Positions 19,401 to 29,534 of a DNA stretch of 64,000 nucleotides are shown here, piece by piece (position 1 is the first letter of the stretch; every line of letters begins with the position of its first letter). The position numbers and the translations under genes were made by a program. A model generated the notes under the pieces. It was not told the DNA's origin, searched no databases, and saw only the letters and a program-made list of their open reading frames with translations. The stretch lies in the IMG/VR virus record IMGVR_UViG_3300027771_000013, positions 2,931 through 66,930 of that record; one strand, 5' to 3'. This stretch comes from a virus.

Positions 19401-22400
19401 AAATTGACTAAGGAAGTCTGATTTACTTTCCTTGCTAGATCTACGTTCAGCAGTAAAAATAAAGGCATAAATTTCTTTAGCTCTACCCATATCGCCGTCA
19501 TAAAAATCATCAGGTGATAATGCGTTTCTAGCTTCTTCATACAAATCAAACAATTCGTTTTGCGCCAAAGAAGAGCTTGTCTCCATCGAAGTCTGTAAAG
19601 CTTGTTCAACTGCTTGTAACGTATAAGCTTCTTGGTCAGTTAATCTCAAAGCACCAAGTGCTTTTGATGTAAATGGCTTTGTTTTATTTAGTAACGATTG
19701 AATAAACACATCTGTAGCATGAGCAGGAGACGCTCTTTCTGCTTCAGCCTGGAATATGCCGTATGCGCCGTAAACAGTTTCAACTACTGACTGTAGAGCG
19801 TCTCTCATTCGTGCTGTGTGCTTTAACGAAGCACCCCTACCCGTTTTATCAGCCAACGCTTCAAAGACGCGTCTATGGCTAAAGCTAACTGGATCAGAGC
19901 TTTCTTGCTTACTAATCTTTTGTTTTGTAGTGGTGGTATTTTGTGATCCACCATTTTCTGTTTGACTAAAGATAATTGAAGTATTTGCCAACACAATAGC
20001 TACTGCGTTATCCGCTTTAGTGCTGTCTTTAATGTTTAGTCCGGCAAACAAAATATCTTTAATTGCTTTTATAAATCCTTGTAGGCCCGTAATATTGTCT
20101 GTTTCTGTTGGTAGTGCATTACGGTAAGTAATGTTTGCTAACACTTCTCTTTGAAAGCGTTCATTTGTAAGTCCCCAAGACATTAATTCATCGACGTCTT
20201 GTGTGGCATTTCCAAAGTCTTTCAAGTCGTTGTCTGCAATATACTGCTTAGCTTTTTTACGTACTTTCTCTAAATTAGCTACTGCTTCATTAACAATTCG
20301 ATCACTTTTGCTTAATACAGTATTGGCTTTTTTAGCTAACTTAGCCGCTTGCTTAGCAGAGAATACGCGTGTTTTAACTGTTGCATGCAGTAGTTCATGC
20401 ATCGCCAATTCAGGTGACACATTAGACTGGACCAGGCTAGCGCCTTTGATATACAAAACACCTTGGTTATTATCTGCATTTGCGTCAAACCACCCTAATG
20501 CATTTTCAAACCCAGCTGGGATTTCTGTTTCAGTTGTAATGTAAACAACCCGAATGTCCCTGTTAATCTTTTTATTAATTGCAGGGATAAGGCGGCTATA
20601 TGCTTTTTCCGTAGCAGATACTTCTACACCTGATTTCATTACCCGTTTAAGCTGATCAATCAATGCACCAGCATTAAGATCTTTAGGTGCTATTGACTCA
20701 AACCATCGTACTAACTGTTCATTAGCAGGTGTAATAGGCGTGCCTACTTGATCGCCACTTACACTGTCTGATGGCATAGAAGGAGGGCTTTTCTTTTGTG
20801 TTGCAGATGGATTCAGAATACCTTCAGGAGCTTTTGCTACTAATGGCGCACCTAAAACCATCAGGCGGGCTTCTATTGCTGCTTTTTGCTCAGCTGTTGG
20901 AGCATAACTTGCCCCTTCAAAATTGTACTGGTTTACCGCACGTACTGTGTACAAGTACTGCAGCTTAGCAATTTCAGCATCTTTAGCAACTTGTTCAGTC
21001 TCTGCCAACACTGTATTAGCTACTTCACCTCCAGTAATGTCTTCTAAAGAGTTATCTCGTTTAAGCAACTTTTCAAGTAACGCGTCCATCGCTATTTGAA
21101 TTTCTTTTGAAAACTCAGGATGCTGATCAACAAACTCTTCAAAGCTTTTATTAGTGCGTGCAGCGCCTTCGTAGATTTCAGTAGGTAATGAGTATTCAAG
21201 TAACCCATCAAACGTTTCTTTATTAAGCGCTTTTGCACCCGCTATTATATTAGCAATAGATAAGCCCAACGCATCGTGAATATTTAATGCAGGCATCATT
21301 CCATATACTGTAGAAGCAATTCCGCTATCTTGAGCGTGAATCCCACCAATTGTTGTTGCAGCACCTGGTGGCAGTTGCACAGTTTTTTGTGCTCGCCCTT
21401 TCATACTATTTTTAGATTTAGTTGTTGAATTATTTGTCGGTATTTTATTTTTAAAATTGGTAATTACGTTGTATGCCAGATCCGTTGCTGCAGCTAAACG
21501 CGGCTTTTGCTTTGACATTCTTAAGCCTGCGGCTACGTTACCTGACTGCTTTGACATTCTAGTATGCGTAGTCGGTTCCATCGAAGAAATTTGCTCGACG
21601 ATAGCTTGCTCTTCTTCCAAAGTAAGGTCATGTAAAGGATTTTGTCCTTTAGTACTTTCTATCTCACCATTTGCTACTTTTGTATCAATAAGCTGCTGTC
21701 GCAACAAAGTGTATGCTAAATCGTACTGTGCATGAGCAACTTCAGTAGCACTGCCCATTTGATTTCTTACAGAGACGACTTCATCAAAGTTCTCTTCTAG
21801 CAACAACGACATGCTAGGTCTAATTGCGTTCCATAAGTTAAATGTTGCTCTATCGTATTGCGACGTTGTAAGAGCAGTTTCTAACGCTTGCTCAAACGAC
21901 ATATTGACGTTTAAGCCTCTAATAGCCTGGGTCGGTTGAATGAACACATTCACTTGAGTCAAAATATCTGTTAAAGCACCTTTATCTTGATCTTTAACTG
22001 CTTGAGTAATCTGCTTACTGTAGGTATCTAAAATGTCACTAGCCATTGCTGCAAAGGCTTTATCTGCACCTGCACCAAACATCAAAGGTGTTAAAGGACT
22101 TTTGAGTAATTTACGGCCTTCTGAAGTAACTTGATGTTGCCCATCTTCATTCTTAATGATGTCAGGCATGAAAGAAAACATCGCTGTAATAACATCTTTA
22201 TTTCTTTCTACTGCCCATGCTTTAATATCGTCATTTGGATCTACTGGGTTCAGTAAATATTGGTGTAACAGCTTTTCTAGTTTATCAGCGGCTTTTTCGT
22301 AGAAGTCTTGCCCTTCTTCTTTGTATTCAGCAAAATTTTCATGCACAGAATCTTGTGTAAAGAACCCAAATGCTTCGCCAAACTCTAATAAGTTTGCGCC

Positions 22401-25400
22401 TAATTGTGCATGTAATAACGCAGGTCCATTAGCTACACCATCAACTTCGCCCATGATATTAGCTTCAAACGGCTTACCATTAGCTTCTTTATATTTTGCC
22501 CACTGAAGTAATGCATCGAGGCCAGCAGCTTCATTGCTGCCTATATAATTAAGCAATGTCTGTCTTTCTTGTGGTGATACAGTAAACGAATTCAATCCCA
22601 GGCTAACAATAGCAAGTGCAGCTTTAGCTTCAGCAGACTCCATTTCTTTTTCTAAGTTAGCAATCGTGTCTGCATTTTTAAAGTTTTCAATTTTTACGCC
22701 TAAGTTCTGTGCAACACTTAACTTAAACATATCAATCAAATGCTTGTCTTTATCAGTACCGTCAAAAGCTATTTGTACTTTATAGTCAGACAACCCAATA
22801 AAATGCCTAACTAATTTACTGCTTTGTGGGTTAATAGCATTTTGCTCAAAGCCAGCTCGTTGAATTACCCAAATCTTTGCTTGTAAGTAAAACGGTGTTT
22901 CTAGTCCATCATCTTCTAATTCTAATAATTCTTTCCACTCTGTAAGCTGCGACAAATCTCGTTCAATACTTTCGTTAACAGCACGTTGTTTAATAGCGTC
23001 TGTTACATGCAAAGCAGTATTTTCTATGTCTACCCAACCCATCATCTGCTTAGTAAAATCATCACCAAACTGTTCAAGCAAAGTAACCATATCTTGCTTC
23101 ATTTGCCACGCATGACTATTTGAAGAATTGACTCGCTCTTGTAGTACTTTAGGTGTTTTTTGCAAACTGTTCTTAGGCTGTTTTTGAGCGTTATTTTTAG
23201 CAGCTAGCGTTGGAAATACTTTTGCGCTTTCAGCCCCGAATAACTTAGCAAACATCATCGTTGCGCCTTTAACTTTGTCTGTTAAATCGCCTAACTGAGG
23301 GAGTCCTGCTTCTGTGGTTTGCGGTACATCAATTAAAGGCGCTACGCGTTGGCCCGTTGTGTAATCTCTGCGTAAACGGTACGCAGTAATAATGCCTTCT
23401 TGATCTTTCAGACTACTTAATGGAACACCGGTAGCTGCTGCATACTCAGCTTGTGTAAACTGGCGTTGCTCTAAAATACCTTCTGATAACAATAAAGCAA
23501 CCGCATGGTTACCCATTGATGTCGCTAACGTGCTTAACGTGTCTTTAGGCGCATTCTTTCTTGCTTTAAGGCCCAGCATTTGTGCAACGTTGTTACCTAT
23601 CTCATTTTGCGTGTATTTATCTAACTGCCAACCTTCTCCGTATATAGTCTGGGCTTGGCTCGTCAATGCATCATTAGTGCTGTCGTCATCAACACGAATA
23701 AGCGATAAAACTTCTTGTTGTGTACTGTATCCACTGTCATTAATACGCTCAGCTAAATATTGAAAAGCTGCTGTAGTAATAGCATCTTCTACATTACCTT
23801 CTAACTGCCCATTAGCATCAACAAAATATCTAAGCTTGTCTCTCCAATTAGGTACACCGTCAACATCTCGCATATTGCCAGAAACTTTGCCTCTCCAGGC
23901 TTTGGCATATTGCGCTAAAGCAAAAAGTAAACTCTTATTTTCAGCCGTTAATTCAGCATTGCCTGTGTAAGTGGCTAAAATATTTGCAGCTTTATCTCTA
24001 GTCTCTGCAGTTACTTCATCTTTAGCAGGCGCAAATAAAGACAAAAAGTTCTTTTGTCCAATAAAAGCTCGCTTAGTTATATCAGTCGCATTAGTCTTTG
24101 CTTGATATATCCATTGCTGAACAATGTTTCGTTCTTTAAATGGCTTATCAACATCTTCTTCTAGCATTACCGAACTTAGTATTTCTACACGGCCTGTTTC
24201 TTCGTTTACTTCTTCAGTAGGATTTTCTAATTCGTCTATTAAATTATAAATAAACGTTTCTTCATTAATCTCTGTACTTTCTTGCGCCACCTGCTCTTGC
24301 ACTGACTCCGGCTGCGCCTGTGTCACTGCTTCGGCAGTTGTTGCATCACTCACTTGCTCATTATCTTGTGGTGCTGGCTGATCTTGTACGGGCGCTTGTA
24401 CAACGTCTGTTGCAACAGGCTCAACTGGTGTAGTTACTGTTTCATTTTGTGTAGTAGTCGCCGCAGTCGCTTGTCCGTCATCGACGGAAACCGACGCAGG
24501 CTCTACTTGTGCATCTGCTGTAGAAGCACTCTCTTGTGGTACTTCTTGCTGTGTTTCAGTAGCTGCCGCTACCTGTTCGGCTGAAGCCGAGACAGGTGCA
24601 GGCTGCGTTGCTAAAGTGCCGTCTGCGTTAAAATTTAAATCAATGGCTGCATCAATTTGTCTGTCCATTGCTTTTATAGCTTGAACTTCTTCGATTACAT
24701 CTTTAACAATGTTTTTCTGTCTGCCTTCAAACGTTAATGTATTAAGAGCTTTGGCATTGGCAGGCTTTGTTGCTGAAGTTGTCCATTCATTGGAACCTTC
24801 TGCCGTTTTATAAACATATTGAGTAGTACGTTGACCTTGTGCTCCCGAAGCTAAGTAGGCTGCGTTTCCTTGCTCAACTGCTTTGGCTTTACTGCGATGC
24901 CCACTTAACCAGCTCTTAATGTCTTTTTGTTCTTTAACTGCTGATGTTTGGTCGTTAAGACGAACAGCTGTAGCAATGCGTTGGGCATAAGAAGTTAATC
25001 CTTTCTTCTTACCGTCTTTAACGTCTTGACCAACTTCACTAGTAGGCGCTTCTAATAAAGAATTTAGATACTCGTTTTGTTGTACGGTAAAGCCAGTAAT
25101 ATTGCTGTTTAATAACTTTTGTGCACGCTCAGGCGTAGCAGCTTCTTCGTTAGCCAACATAAAGCTAATAGATTGTTGTGCTGCTGTAGCTTTTTGCTCA
25201 GAAGATGAGTCTTCTTTATCAATGATTGAATCAGCGCTTTCAATTGCTTCAATGGTTACTCGATTACCTGCATTATTTTGTTCGGTTTTAACTTCACCTA
25301 ACGTAGTAATTAAGTTGTTCATTTCTTTCAAAGGCTTGCCAGCTAAAAATGCTTCGTCTGCTCGAATACTTTCTTCAAGCTCTACACCTTTTGTCGCTAG

Positions 25401-27476
25401 AACTTTTGCGCTTGCTTGATACTGGGCACGCTGCGCTTTAAGAGTGGCACGTTTTTCTTCTTTAGATAACTCAGGATCGCCTTCATCACGAATAATTTTA
25501 TTTTGATTCTTTTTCTGCTCTACTAAAGCTTGTCGTGCGGCTTTTAATTTCGCTTTTTTATCACGTATTGTTACTTTATTAACCGTATTAATCTTTTCAG
25601 ACAAATCTTTAATCTGGGTATCAATATCAGCAACCAAAGTATTGAGTTGCGTTGTTGTTTCAGTAACTTCTGTTTCAGTAAGCTCTGGGTTTTTTAAACG
25701 GATTCGCAGCGCATTAGCTGCTTGAGCAGGATTATACGTGGCTGATTCAGGGTTAATTAAAGCGTCTATATCTCCTGATTGTATTGCCATTACTGTTTCA
25801 GTTGCTACTGCTGCTCTATCTGAAGATTGCTGTGCATTAACTTTTTTTGCAGTTTCAGTATTTCCAGTTAGTGCTGTGTACACTGCACCGGGTCCAGACA
25901 CACCAATACCGCCCATAGTACCTAAAGTAGTATTGACGAATATATCTTTACCGTCTAATGGCTTACCGCTTAATGATGATTTTTGTTCAGCAACTGCTTG
26001 CAGTCCTTCTGTTGCGCCTTCAACTAACGCACTAGCAGGTGCCTTAAGTACGGTTGCTCCACGATCTGCTAATTTTCTAGTAATACTCGCTGTGTAATCA
26101 GCAGCCATATTAGACGACATAGCTTTTGGTTTTTTCCACGTTCTTAATAGTGTGGCATCACCGATATAAGATGCTGCTGCCCAAGTTAGCCCCCAAGCAG
26201 CCATTTCTTCCATCTCGTCTTGCGTAGGATCAGCACCGTCATTATTTTTACGGTACTCAATCATGCCTTTGTCAAAAACATCTACGCCTTGTGCCATTAC
26301 TGATGCGGCCAGTAATGGGCTTGCAATAACACCTAATCCAAGATCAGCTGATGATTGTGCTACAAGATCAACAACAGCTCTTTTGTTATTTAATAGTACG
26401 TTTGTACCGCCTTTTAACAGCTCAGCACTTACTTTAGCTGCTGTCCATGCTGTTGCTAAATGTTCACTAGCAGTATCACCAGCTTCGTATTGAGCAAGTA
26501 GCTCTTCACGACTTTGCTTAGTTGAGTCCCATGTTTCTGCAGCTTCTTTCGCTGCTTTTCCAGCGTTATCTCCGCGTGCCACTCCTGCATAAATAGGCTC
26601 AATAGTTGCAGTGTTGTCTGCTTTTTCTTTTCTTAAATCATCAACCCATTGAAGCACTTCTCTAGTTGAACGATTACGTTTAGTAGCAGGGCGTCGGGTA
26701 ACTTCTTTACCTTCATATGTACGCTCCAAAATAGCTGACTCTTCTGCAGTTAATGCAGGCGGCGCATTTGGATCTTCAAGATCATTAAAGGGTATAGAAG
26801 GATCAAGAATGTTAGCAGTACGTTCTGCATTACGAGAAGCTATATAAGCATTTCGATCTTTTTCTTTTTTGTACAATGCTTTAGTGCTGTCACTTATAAT
26901 AGATAAATAATCTGTTTCCGCCAAAGTCTCATTTGCGTTTGCAACAGCGGCAGTTATTCTACCTACACCTTCTACGACATTTGCAGCTACTTCTTTTGTG
27001 CCACCCCAAAAGCTGCCTCGCTCATCTCTAGTCTGCCAGGCTTTAGCGTCTACAGCATCTCTGTTTGCTATTAGCGCTTCCATTCCTGCTACATTATTTT
27101 GCGCGTTCTGTAAATTGAATTGAGACACATCACTGGCTTTGAGCATGTTACCTGCTTTAACGTAATCGTTAATTGATGCGTAATCTGTAACATTAGCAGA
27201 AGGTAAAACAGGTGCCGGAGTGTTTTCGTAAAATTTAAATTCTGGCTCAGTGTAAGAAGAAGGATAACTTTCTGATTGCGGTCTTTGCGGAGAGTTAGGA
27301 ACCAATGCTTGCTTTGCACGAGCCAGGTTATCTACAGTTAAAGTACCTAGTTGAATAGGATCATTGCTAGATGGCGACAACGCAGCCAACTGAACTGCTT
27401 TAGTCTGTGTTGCTGTGTTTACTAAATTAGCTTTAGGCGCTAACGCCGCCAACACTTTTTCTGTAGGTGTAGTCAT
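16425..27476 (-). CDS. virion-encapsidated RNA polymerase (vRNAP, N4 gp50-like), 3683 aa
   Basis: Size; T7-like motifs A (EVDGVANG), B (RKLLKSPLTPLMFG), C (NIHDA); downstream zincin-like HELLH; no Cys seen on reading, as for N4 vRNAP. Confidence 0.95.
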   Translation of the reverse strand: MTTPTEKVLAALAPKANLVNTATQTKAVQLAALSPSSNDPIQLGTLTVDNLARAKQALVPNSPQRPQSESYPSSYTEPEFKFYENTPAPVLPSANVTDYASINDYVKAGNMLKASDVSQFNLQNAQNNVAGMEALIANRDAVDAKAWQTRDERGSFWGGTKEVAANVVEGVGRITAAVANANETLAETDYLSIISDSTKALYKKEKDRNAYIASRNAERTANILDPSIPFNDLEDPNAPPALTAEESAILERTYEGKEVTRRPATKRNRSTREVLQWVDDLRKEKADNTATIEPIYAGVARGDNAGKAAKEAAETWDSTKQSREELLAQYEAGDTASEHLATAWTAAKVSAELLKGGTNVLLNNKRAVVDLVAQSSADLGLGVIASPLLAASVMAQGVDVFDKGMIEYRKNNDGADPTQDEMEEMAAWGLTWAAASYIGDATLLRTWKKPKAMSSNMAADYTASITRKLADRGATVLKAPASALVEGATEGLQAVAEQKSSLSGKPLDGKDIFVNTTLGTMGGIGVSGPGAVYTALTGNTETAKKVNAQQSSDRAAVATETVMAIQSGDIDALINPESATYNPAQAANALRIRLKNPELTETEVTETTTQLNTLVADIDTQIKDLSEKINTVNKVTIRDKKAKLKAARQALVEQKKNQNKIIRDEGDPELSKEEKRATLKAQRAQYQASAKVLATKGVELEESIRADEAFLAGKPLKEMNNLITTLGEVKTEQNNAGNRVTIEAIESADSIIDKEDSSSEQKATAAQQSISFMLANEEAATPERAQKLLNSNITGFTVQQNEYLNSLLEAPTSEVGQDVKDGKKKGLTSYAQRIATAVRLNDQTSAVKEQKDIKSWLSGHRSKAKAVEQGNAAYLASGAQGQRTTQYVYKTAEGSNEWTTSATKPANAKALNTLTFEGRQKNIVKDVIEEVQAIKAMDRQIDAAIDLNFNADGTLATQPAPVSASAEQVAAATETQQEVPQESASTADAQVEPASVSVDDGQATAATTTQNETVTTPVEPVATDVVQAPVQDQPAPQDNEQVSDATTAEAVTQAQPESVQEQVAQESTEINEETFIYNLIDELENPTEEVNEETGRVEILSSVMLEEDVDKPFKERNIVQQWIYQAKTNATDITKRAFIGQKNFLSLFAPAKDEVTAETRDKAANILATYTGNAELTAENKSLLFALAQYAKAWRGKVSGNMRDVDGVPNWRDKLRYFVDANGQLEGNVEDAITTAAFQYLAERINDSGYSTQQEVLSLIRVDDDSTNDALTSQAQTIYGEGWQLDKYTQNEIGNNVAQMLGLKARKNAPKDTLSTLATSMGNHAVALLLSEGILEQRQFTQAEYAAATGVPLSSLKDQEGIITAYRLRRDYTTGQRVAPLIDVPQTTEAGLPQLGDLTDKVKGATMMFAKLFGAESAKVFPTLAAKNNAQKQPKNSLQKTPKVLQERVNSSNSHAWQMKQDMVTLLEQFGDDFTKQMMGWVDIENTALHVTDAIKQRAVNESIERDLSQLTEWKELLELEDDGLETPFYLQAKIWVIQRAGFEQNAINPQSSKLVRHFIGLSDYKVQIAFDGTDKDKHLIDMFKLSVAQNLGVKIENFKNADTIANLEKEMESAEAKAALAIVSLGLNSFTVSPQERQTLLNYIGSNEAAGLDALLQWAKYKEANGKPFEANIMGEVDGVANGPALLHAQLGANLLEFGEAFGFFTQDSVHENFAEYKEEGQDFYEKAADKLEKLLHQYLLNPVDPNDDIKAWAVERNKDVITAMFSFMPDIIKNEDGQHQVTSEGRKLLKSPLTPLMFGAGADKAFAAMASDILDTYSKQITQAVKDQDKGALTDILTQVNVFIQPTQAIRGLNVNMSFEQALETALTTSQYDRATFNLWNAIRPSMSLLLEENFDEVVSVRNQMGSATEVAHAQYDLAYTLLRQQLIDTKVANGEIESTKGQNPLHDLTLEEEQAIVEQISSMEPTTHTRMSKQSGNVAAGLRMSKQKPRLAAATDLAYNVITNFKNKIPTNNSTTKSKNSMKGRAQKTVQLPPGAATTIGGIHAQDSGIASTVYGMMPALNIHDALGLSIANIIAGAKALNKETFDGLLEYSLPTEIYEGAARTNKSFEEFVDQHPEFSKEIQIAMDALLEKLLKRDNSLEDITGGEVANTVLAETEQVAKDAEIAKLQYLYTVRAVNQYNFEGASYAPTAEQKAAIEARLMVLGAPLVAKAPEGILNPSATQKKSPPSMPSDSVSGDQVGTPITPANEQLVRWFESIAPKDLNAGALIDQLKRVMKSGVEVSATEKAYSRLIPAINKKINRDIRVVYITTETEIPAGFENALGWFDANADNNQGVLYIKGASLVQSNVSPELAMHELLHATVKTRVFSAKQAAKLAKKANTVLSKSDRIVNEAVANLEKVRKKAKQYIADNDLKDFGNATQDVDELMSWGLTNERFQREVLANITYRNALPTETDNITGLQGFIKAIKDILFAGLNIKDSTKADNAVAIVLANTSIIFSQTENGGSQNTTTTKQKISKQESSDPVSFSHRRVFEALADKTGRGASLKHTARMRDALQSVVETVYGAYGIFQAEAERASPAHATDVFIQSLLNKTKPFTSKALGALRLTDQEAYTLQAVEQALQTSMETSSSLAQNELFDLYEEARNALSPDDFYDGDMGRAKEIYAFIFTAERRSSKESKSDFLSQFGALAVAYEPLSNALAALPVAQTTDSDVSMSLYEKAAALIARLMANLRRVITRTNRAETQDVRLITLARSLATQRKKEALRLQRSKTVTETAEDTIEALVNKGRNNLVKALTSDKIKNSNAVVVQALGKVGEVVLENRGQEVIEVIKKVRNQLSEGKQGVFMSMLTDMQGRTENNQVLHTLLNLGNRHTQSRQAIKTQVANVARAAYTSLTDKQSRAVTDFLRTDAAMLFTNRTIAEMESLFAEDGIELNNAIKEMESQLTGTYRLWYLSAAKDLADHMVSSHTHENQAQNVHQIAMLAGFKNTVSAQDQAVAVEILNPLVSLYAIKYLAETKKETLRELFVQERTRPEVNENGVEYTLRQHQAMQEEALTTAFNNDPTLMRKGYVKEIYDQNIDLRIADAVTGEQLEKAGYVKVFDSKLGKDKDDTTSEEQYLYTAKGLGLVKVVSGIMSTTGKRSAGSLAGKDSLGTINVNETARITKRKEDKRNALLTRPENYTPQSDRETRLAPIFNPKGDITGWRQLMLESTKEVIFNPDTRIDQVLGAMASNVFDKAGSEDINNQVVNAHHKQYEEDYVKNPKDYINFSASSSDPEIAEAFRLMPTATKREIKRVWGGNAMFIKNDVFNMTFGYRKYSITDGYKKRALGLSDAINSLLPWKPTEEDQRKISEQVIIGIANGLGVSQLRIRQTEDVWQEIVGVVKDILVIKNLVTFIGNLSSNVTLLAWTGVSINKIISGHVKGFINTVKYERDEKSLFALKSKVETGYFAGDMKREVEQSIVRLEDALERNPVHELVSAGLYQTIVEDVNSVEDPYSMKSQLMESIDRKTRLVPNAIKTGVKNVLMTHDTVTYKVMHKATQYSDFIGRLILVEHLTTRRKNPLSRVDAMSRAQDSFVNYDIPQHRALQYLNDTGLIWFTKYYIRIQKTIFNLFRESPARAFGLAMLEAYFPAMQSVLDSVITEKLANPFGAGAFELIDTWDDAITMQLLIDAIDGD

Positions 27477-27517
27477 TTAAAAAACTCATTGTAAAATAAA
27501 AGAATAGAATTGTTTAT

Positions 27518-28879
27518 TTATTTATTAGTTGACCTATAAATGTCTTCTAGAGCCCTTGCCCTGTTTTGATATTTCGTAAGCACCGCACTCTTCGCTTCTC
27601 TATTGGATGCGTCTTCTATTGCATTCGTTTTTGTTCTATCATTTACAATCGTGTTACGCTCTTCTAACGCTAGATTATTCCTTACATAATCACTTGCTGA
27701 TTCTTCAAAAGCTTTCGTTAAATCACCTTCTTTCAAATTTTCAGTGGTCCTACCGTTGTTAGCCATCATATTATTAAGCGCTCTGACACCAATCGCGTTT
27801 AGCTCTCCTTGAGTAAAATCTACGTAAGGTTTAGTATCTTTTGTAGTTGTTATGCCATTTTTTGTAGTAGCTACAGGAATAATTGTGTCTTTCAACGTTT
27901 TTAAGTTAGTGTTAATAAGTTCTAAAGGGTTATCAGCCCAAAACTCATATGGATTAACATCAAATCCACTATTTATAAATGCTTCTTTTAGGTTCGACGC
28001 ATCACTTATATTTTGTATGTTGTTTCTATTAAAGCCGTGGTTTAAATTAAACGTAGTTTGCGCTTGTTCATCTTGTTGGTCAGATAAAATTCTAGCGTTT
28101 ACTGCAGTTTGTTCTAAGCCAGCAACTTCAGAGGTGTAATTAGCATTTTCTTCGGAAGTAAGACCACGAGAATCTGCAAAAGCAGATCCAATCGGCTCAC
28201 CAACGTTCATACGGTCTTTCGCTAAAATACTTGAGTCATTAGCAACAGCAAGTCTAATATCACGTTCTGTTAACCCGTCGTTAATCCCATTCTGAATTAT
28301 ATTTTGTAACGTAGATGTACTGTTACGCTGGGTAGTTTTTTCTTCTTCAACTCGTCTTGTCTCTTCAGCAGCGGTGTACTCATTTGTTAATGCCCCTAAA
28401 TTACTTAACTTAGGGTTAGCTGCAGTAAGTTCTGCAACAGCGGGATCATCATTACCCGCAATAGCTGATCTAAACTGCTCAATAATCGGTTGCTCAGCTT
28501 TGTCACGTACATTTTTGTCGTACGTAACACCTGCGTTAAACTCGCCTCGTGCGCTAGTCATTGCATTATTAAAGCCATTTAGAGCAACGTCTTGATCAAT
28601 ATCACGTCCGTATTGTCCTAACTGATTCTGTACAGCACCAGATGCTTGCGCCTCCGCTAACTGTTCAGGGCTCATTTGATTTAAAAACTGTTTGTAAGCC
28701 AATGTATTGTTATCAGTTCTAATGCCTGTGTTGTCTTCACGGCGCTTTACTTCGTTGTCTAGCACGCCATTAATAGCGTTGCTGCCGCCAGTAAAGTTTG
28801 TACTTGCTGCAGTAAATAAGTCAGCACCTACAGCGGCATTACCCGCACCTTGTGTAACGTTTCTCCAAGTAATAGGCAT
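27518..28879 (-). CDS. virion ejection/internal protein, N4 gp51-like
   Basis: 'MPITWRNV' N-terminus, Cys-free, directly upstream of vRNAP. Confidence 0.7.
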   Translation of the reverse strand: MPITWRNVTQGAGNAAVGADLFTAASTNFTGGSNAINGVLDNEVKRREDNTGIRTDNNTLAYKQFLNQMSPEQLAEAQASGAVQNQLGQYGRDIDQDVALNGFNNAMTSARGEFNAGVTYDKNVRDKAEQPIIEQFRSAIAGNDDPAVAELTAANPKLSNLGALTNEYTAAEETRRVEEEKTTQRNSTSTLQNIIQNGINDGLTERDIRLAVANDSSILAKDRMNVGEPIGSAFADSRGLTSEENANYTSEVAGLEQTAVNARILSDQQDEQAQTTFNLNHGFNRNNIQNISDASNLKEAFINSGFDVNPYEFWADNPLELINTNLKTLKDTIIPVATTKNGITTTKDTKPYVDFTQGELNAIGVRALNNMMANNGRTTENLKEGDLTKAFEESASDYVRNNLALEERNTIVNDRTKTNAIEDASNREAKSAVLTKYQNRARALEDIYRSTNK

Positions 28880-28880
28880 A

Positions 28881-29516
28881 TTAATTCATCCCGTTTTGTT
28901 GCATGTAAGACTCTACAGATTGTGCATCTGCATCTGCTGCTACACGCGCAGTTTGTCTATCTTTAAGCTGCGTGTTGTAGCTAGCTGTTTGTGCGCCCCA
29001 GTTTTTGTTAAATTGGCGTTTATCTTCAGCAAAACTCTTTTTAGCTAAACTGTATTGCTTCATACCTACGCCTAATTGGCCAATACCTACTAATGCTTTA
29101 AGTGACTGCATACCGTACGCAGGACCGTATTCTCCGGAACCTGCATCTTTTTTGCCAAACATAAAATCGCCTACTTTACCCATACGACTTCTTTCAGCAA
29201 TAGAATTTGATCCACCGAAATCAAAGTTACCAAAATCGTAACTATCTGCAGTATTTTGCGTACCCAGGTTGATCTTATCTAGCATGGTAGGAGCTTGCCC
29301 AAATGAGTTTGGATCAAATGAAGGTGAAGCAGTCCCTCCAAATCCTAAAGCCGCTTGCTGATTATTGTAATCGTAGTTTTGGCCATAGTTTGTTAACCCC
29401 AAGCTTTGATACCCGTTGTTAGACAGTGCATAATTTGAGCCATTAGCGCCGTTTATTGGGCTACTGCCTTGGCCAAAATTCATTGAATCAATATAATTTA
29501 GTGGCTTATTTGCCAT
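28881..29516 (-). CDS. virion protein, N4 gp52-like
   Basis: Gly/Asn-rich; C-terminal 'QFNKNW.AQ..SYNTQL.DRQ.ARVA'; synteny. Confidence 0.75.
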   Translation of the reverse strand: MANKPLNYIDSMNFGQGSSPINGANGSNYALSNNGYQSLGLTNYGQNYDYNNQQAALGFGGTASPSFDPNSFGQAPTMLDKINLGTQNTADSYDFGNFDFGGSNSIAERSRMGKVGDFMFGKKDAGSGEYGPAYGMQSLKALVGIGQLGVGMKQYSLAKKSFAEDKRQFNKNWGAQTASYNTQLKDRQTARVAADADAQSVESYMQQNGMN

Positions 29517-29534
29517 AACTTCTTCCTCTGTTTG

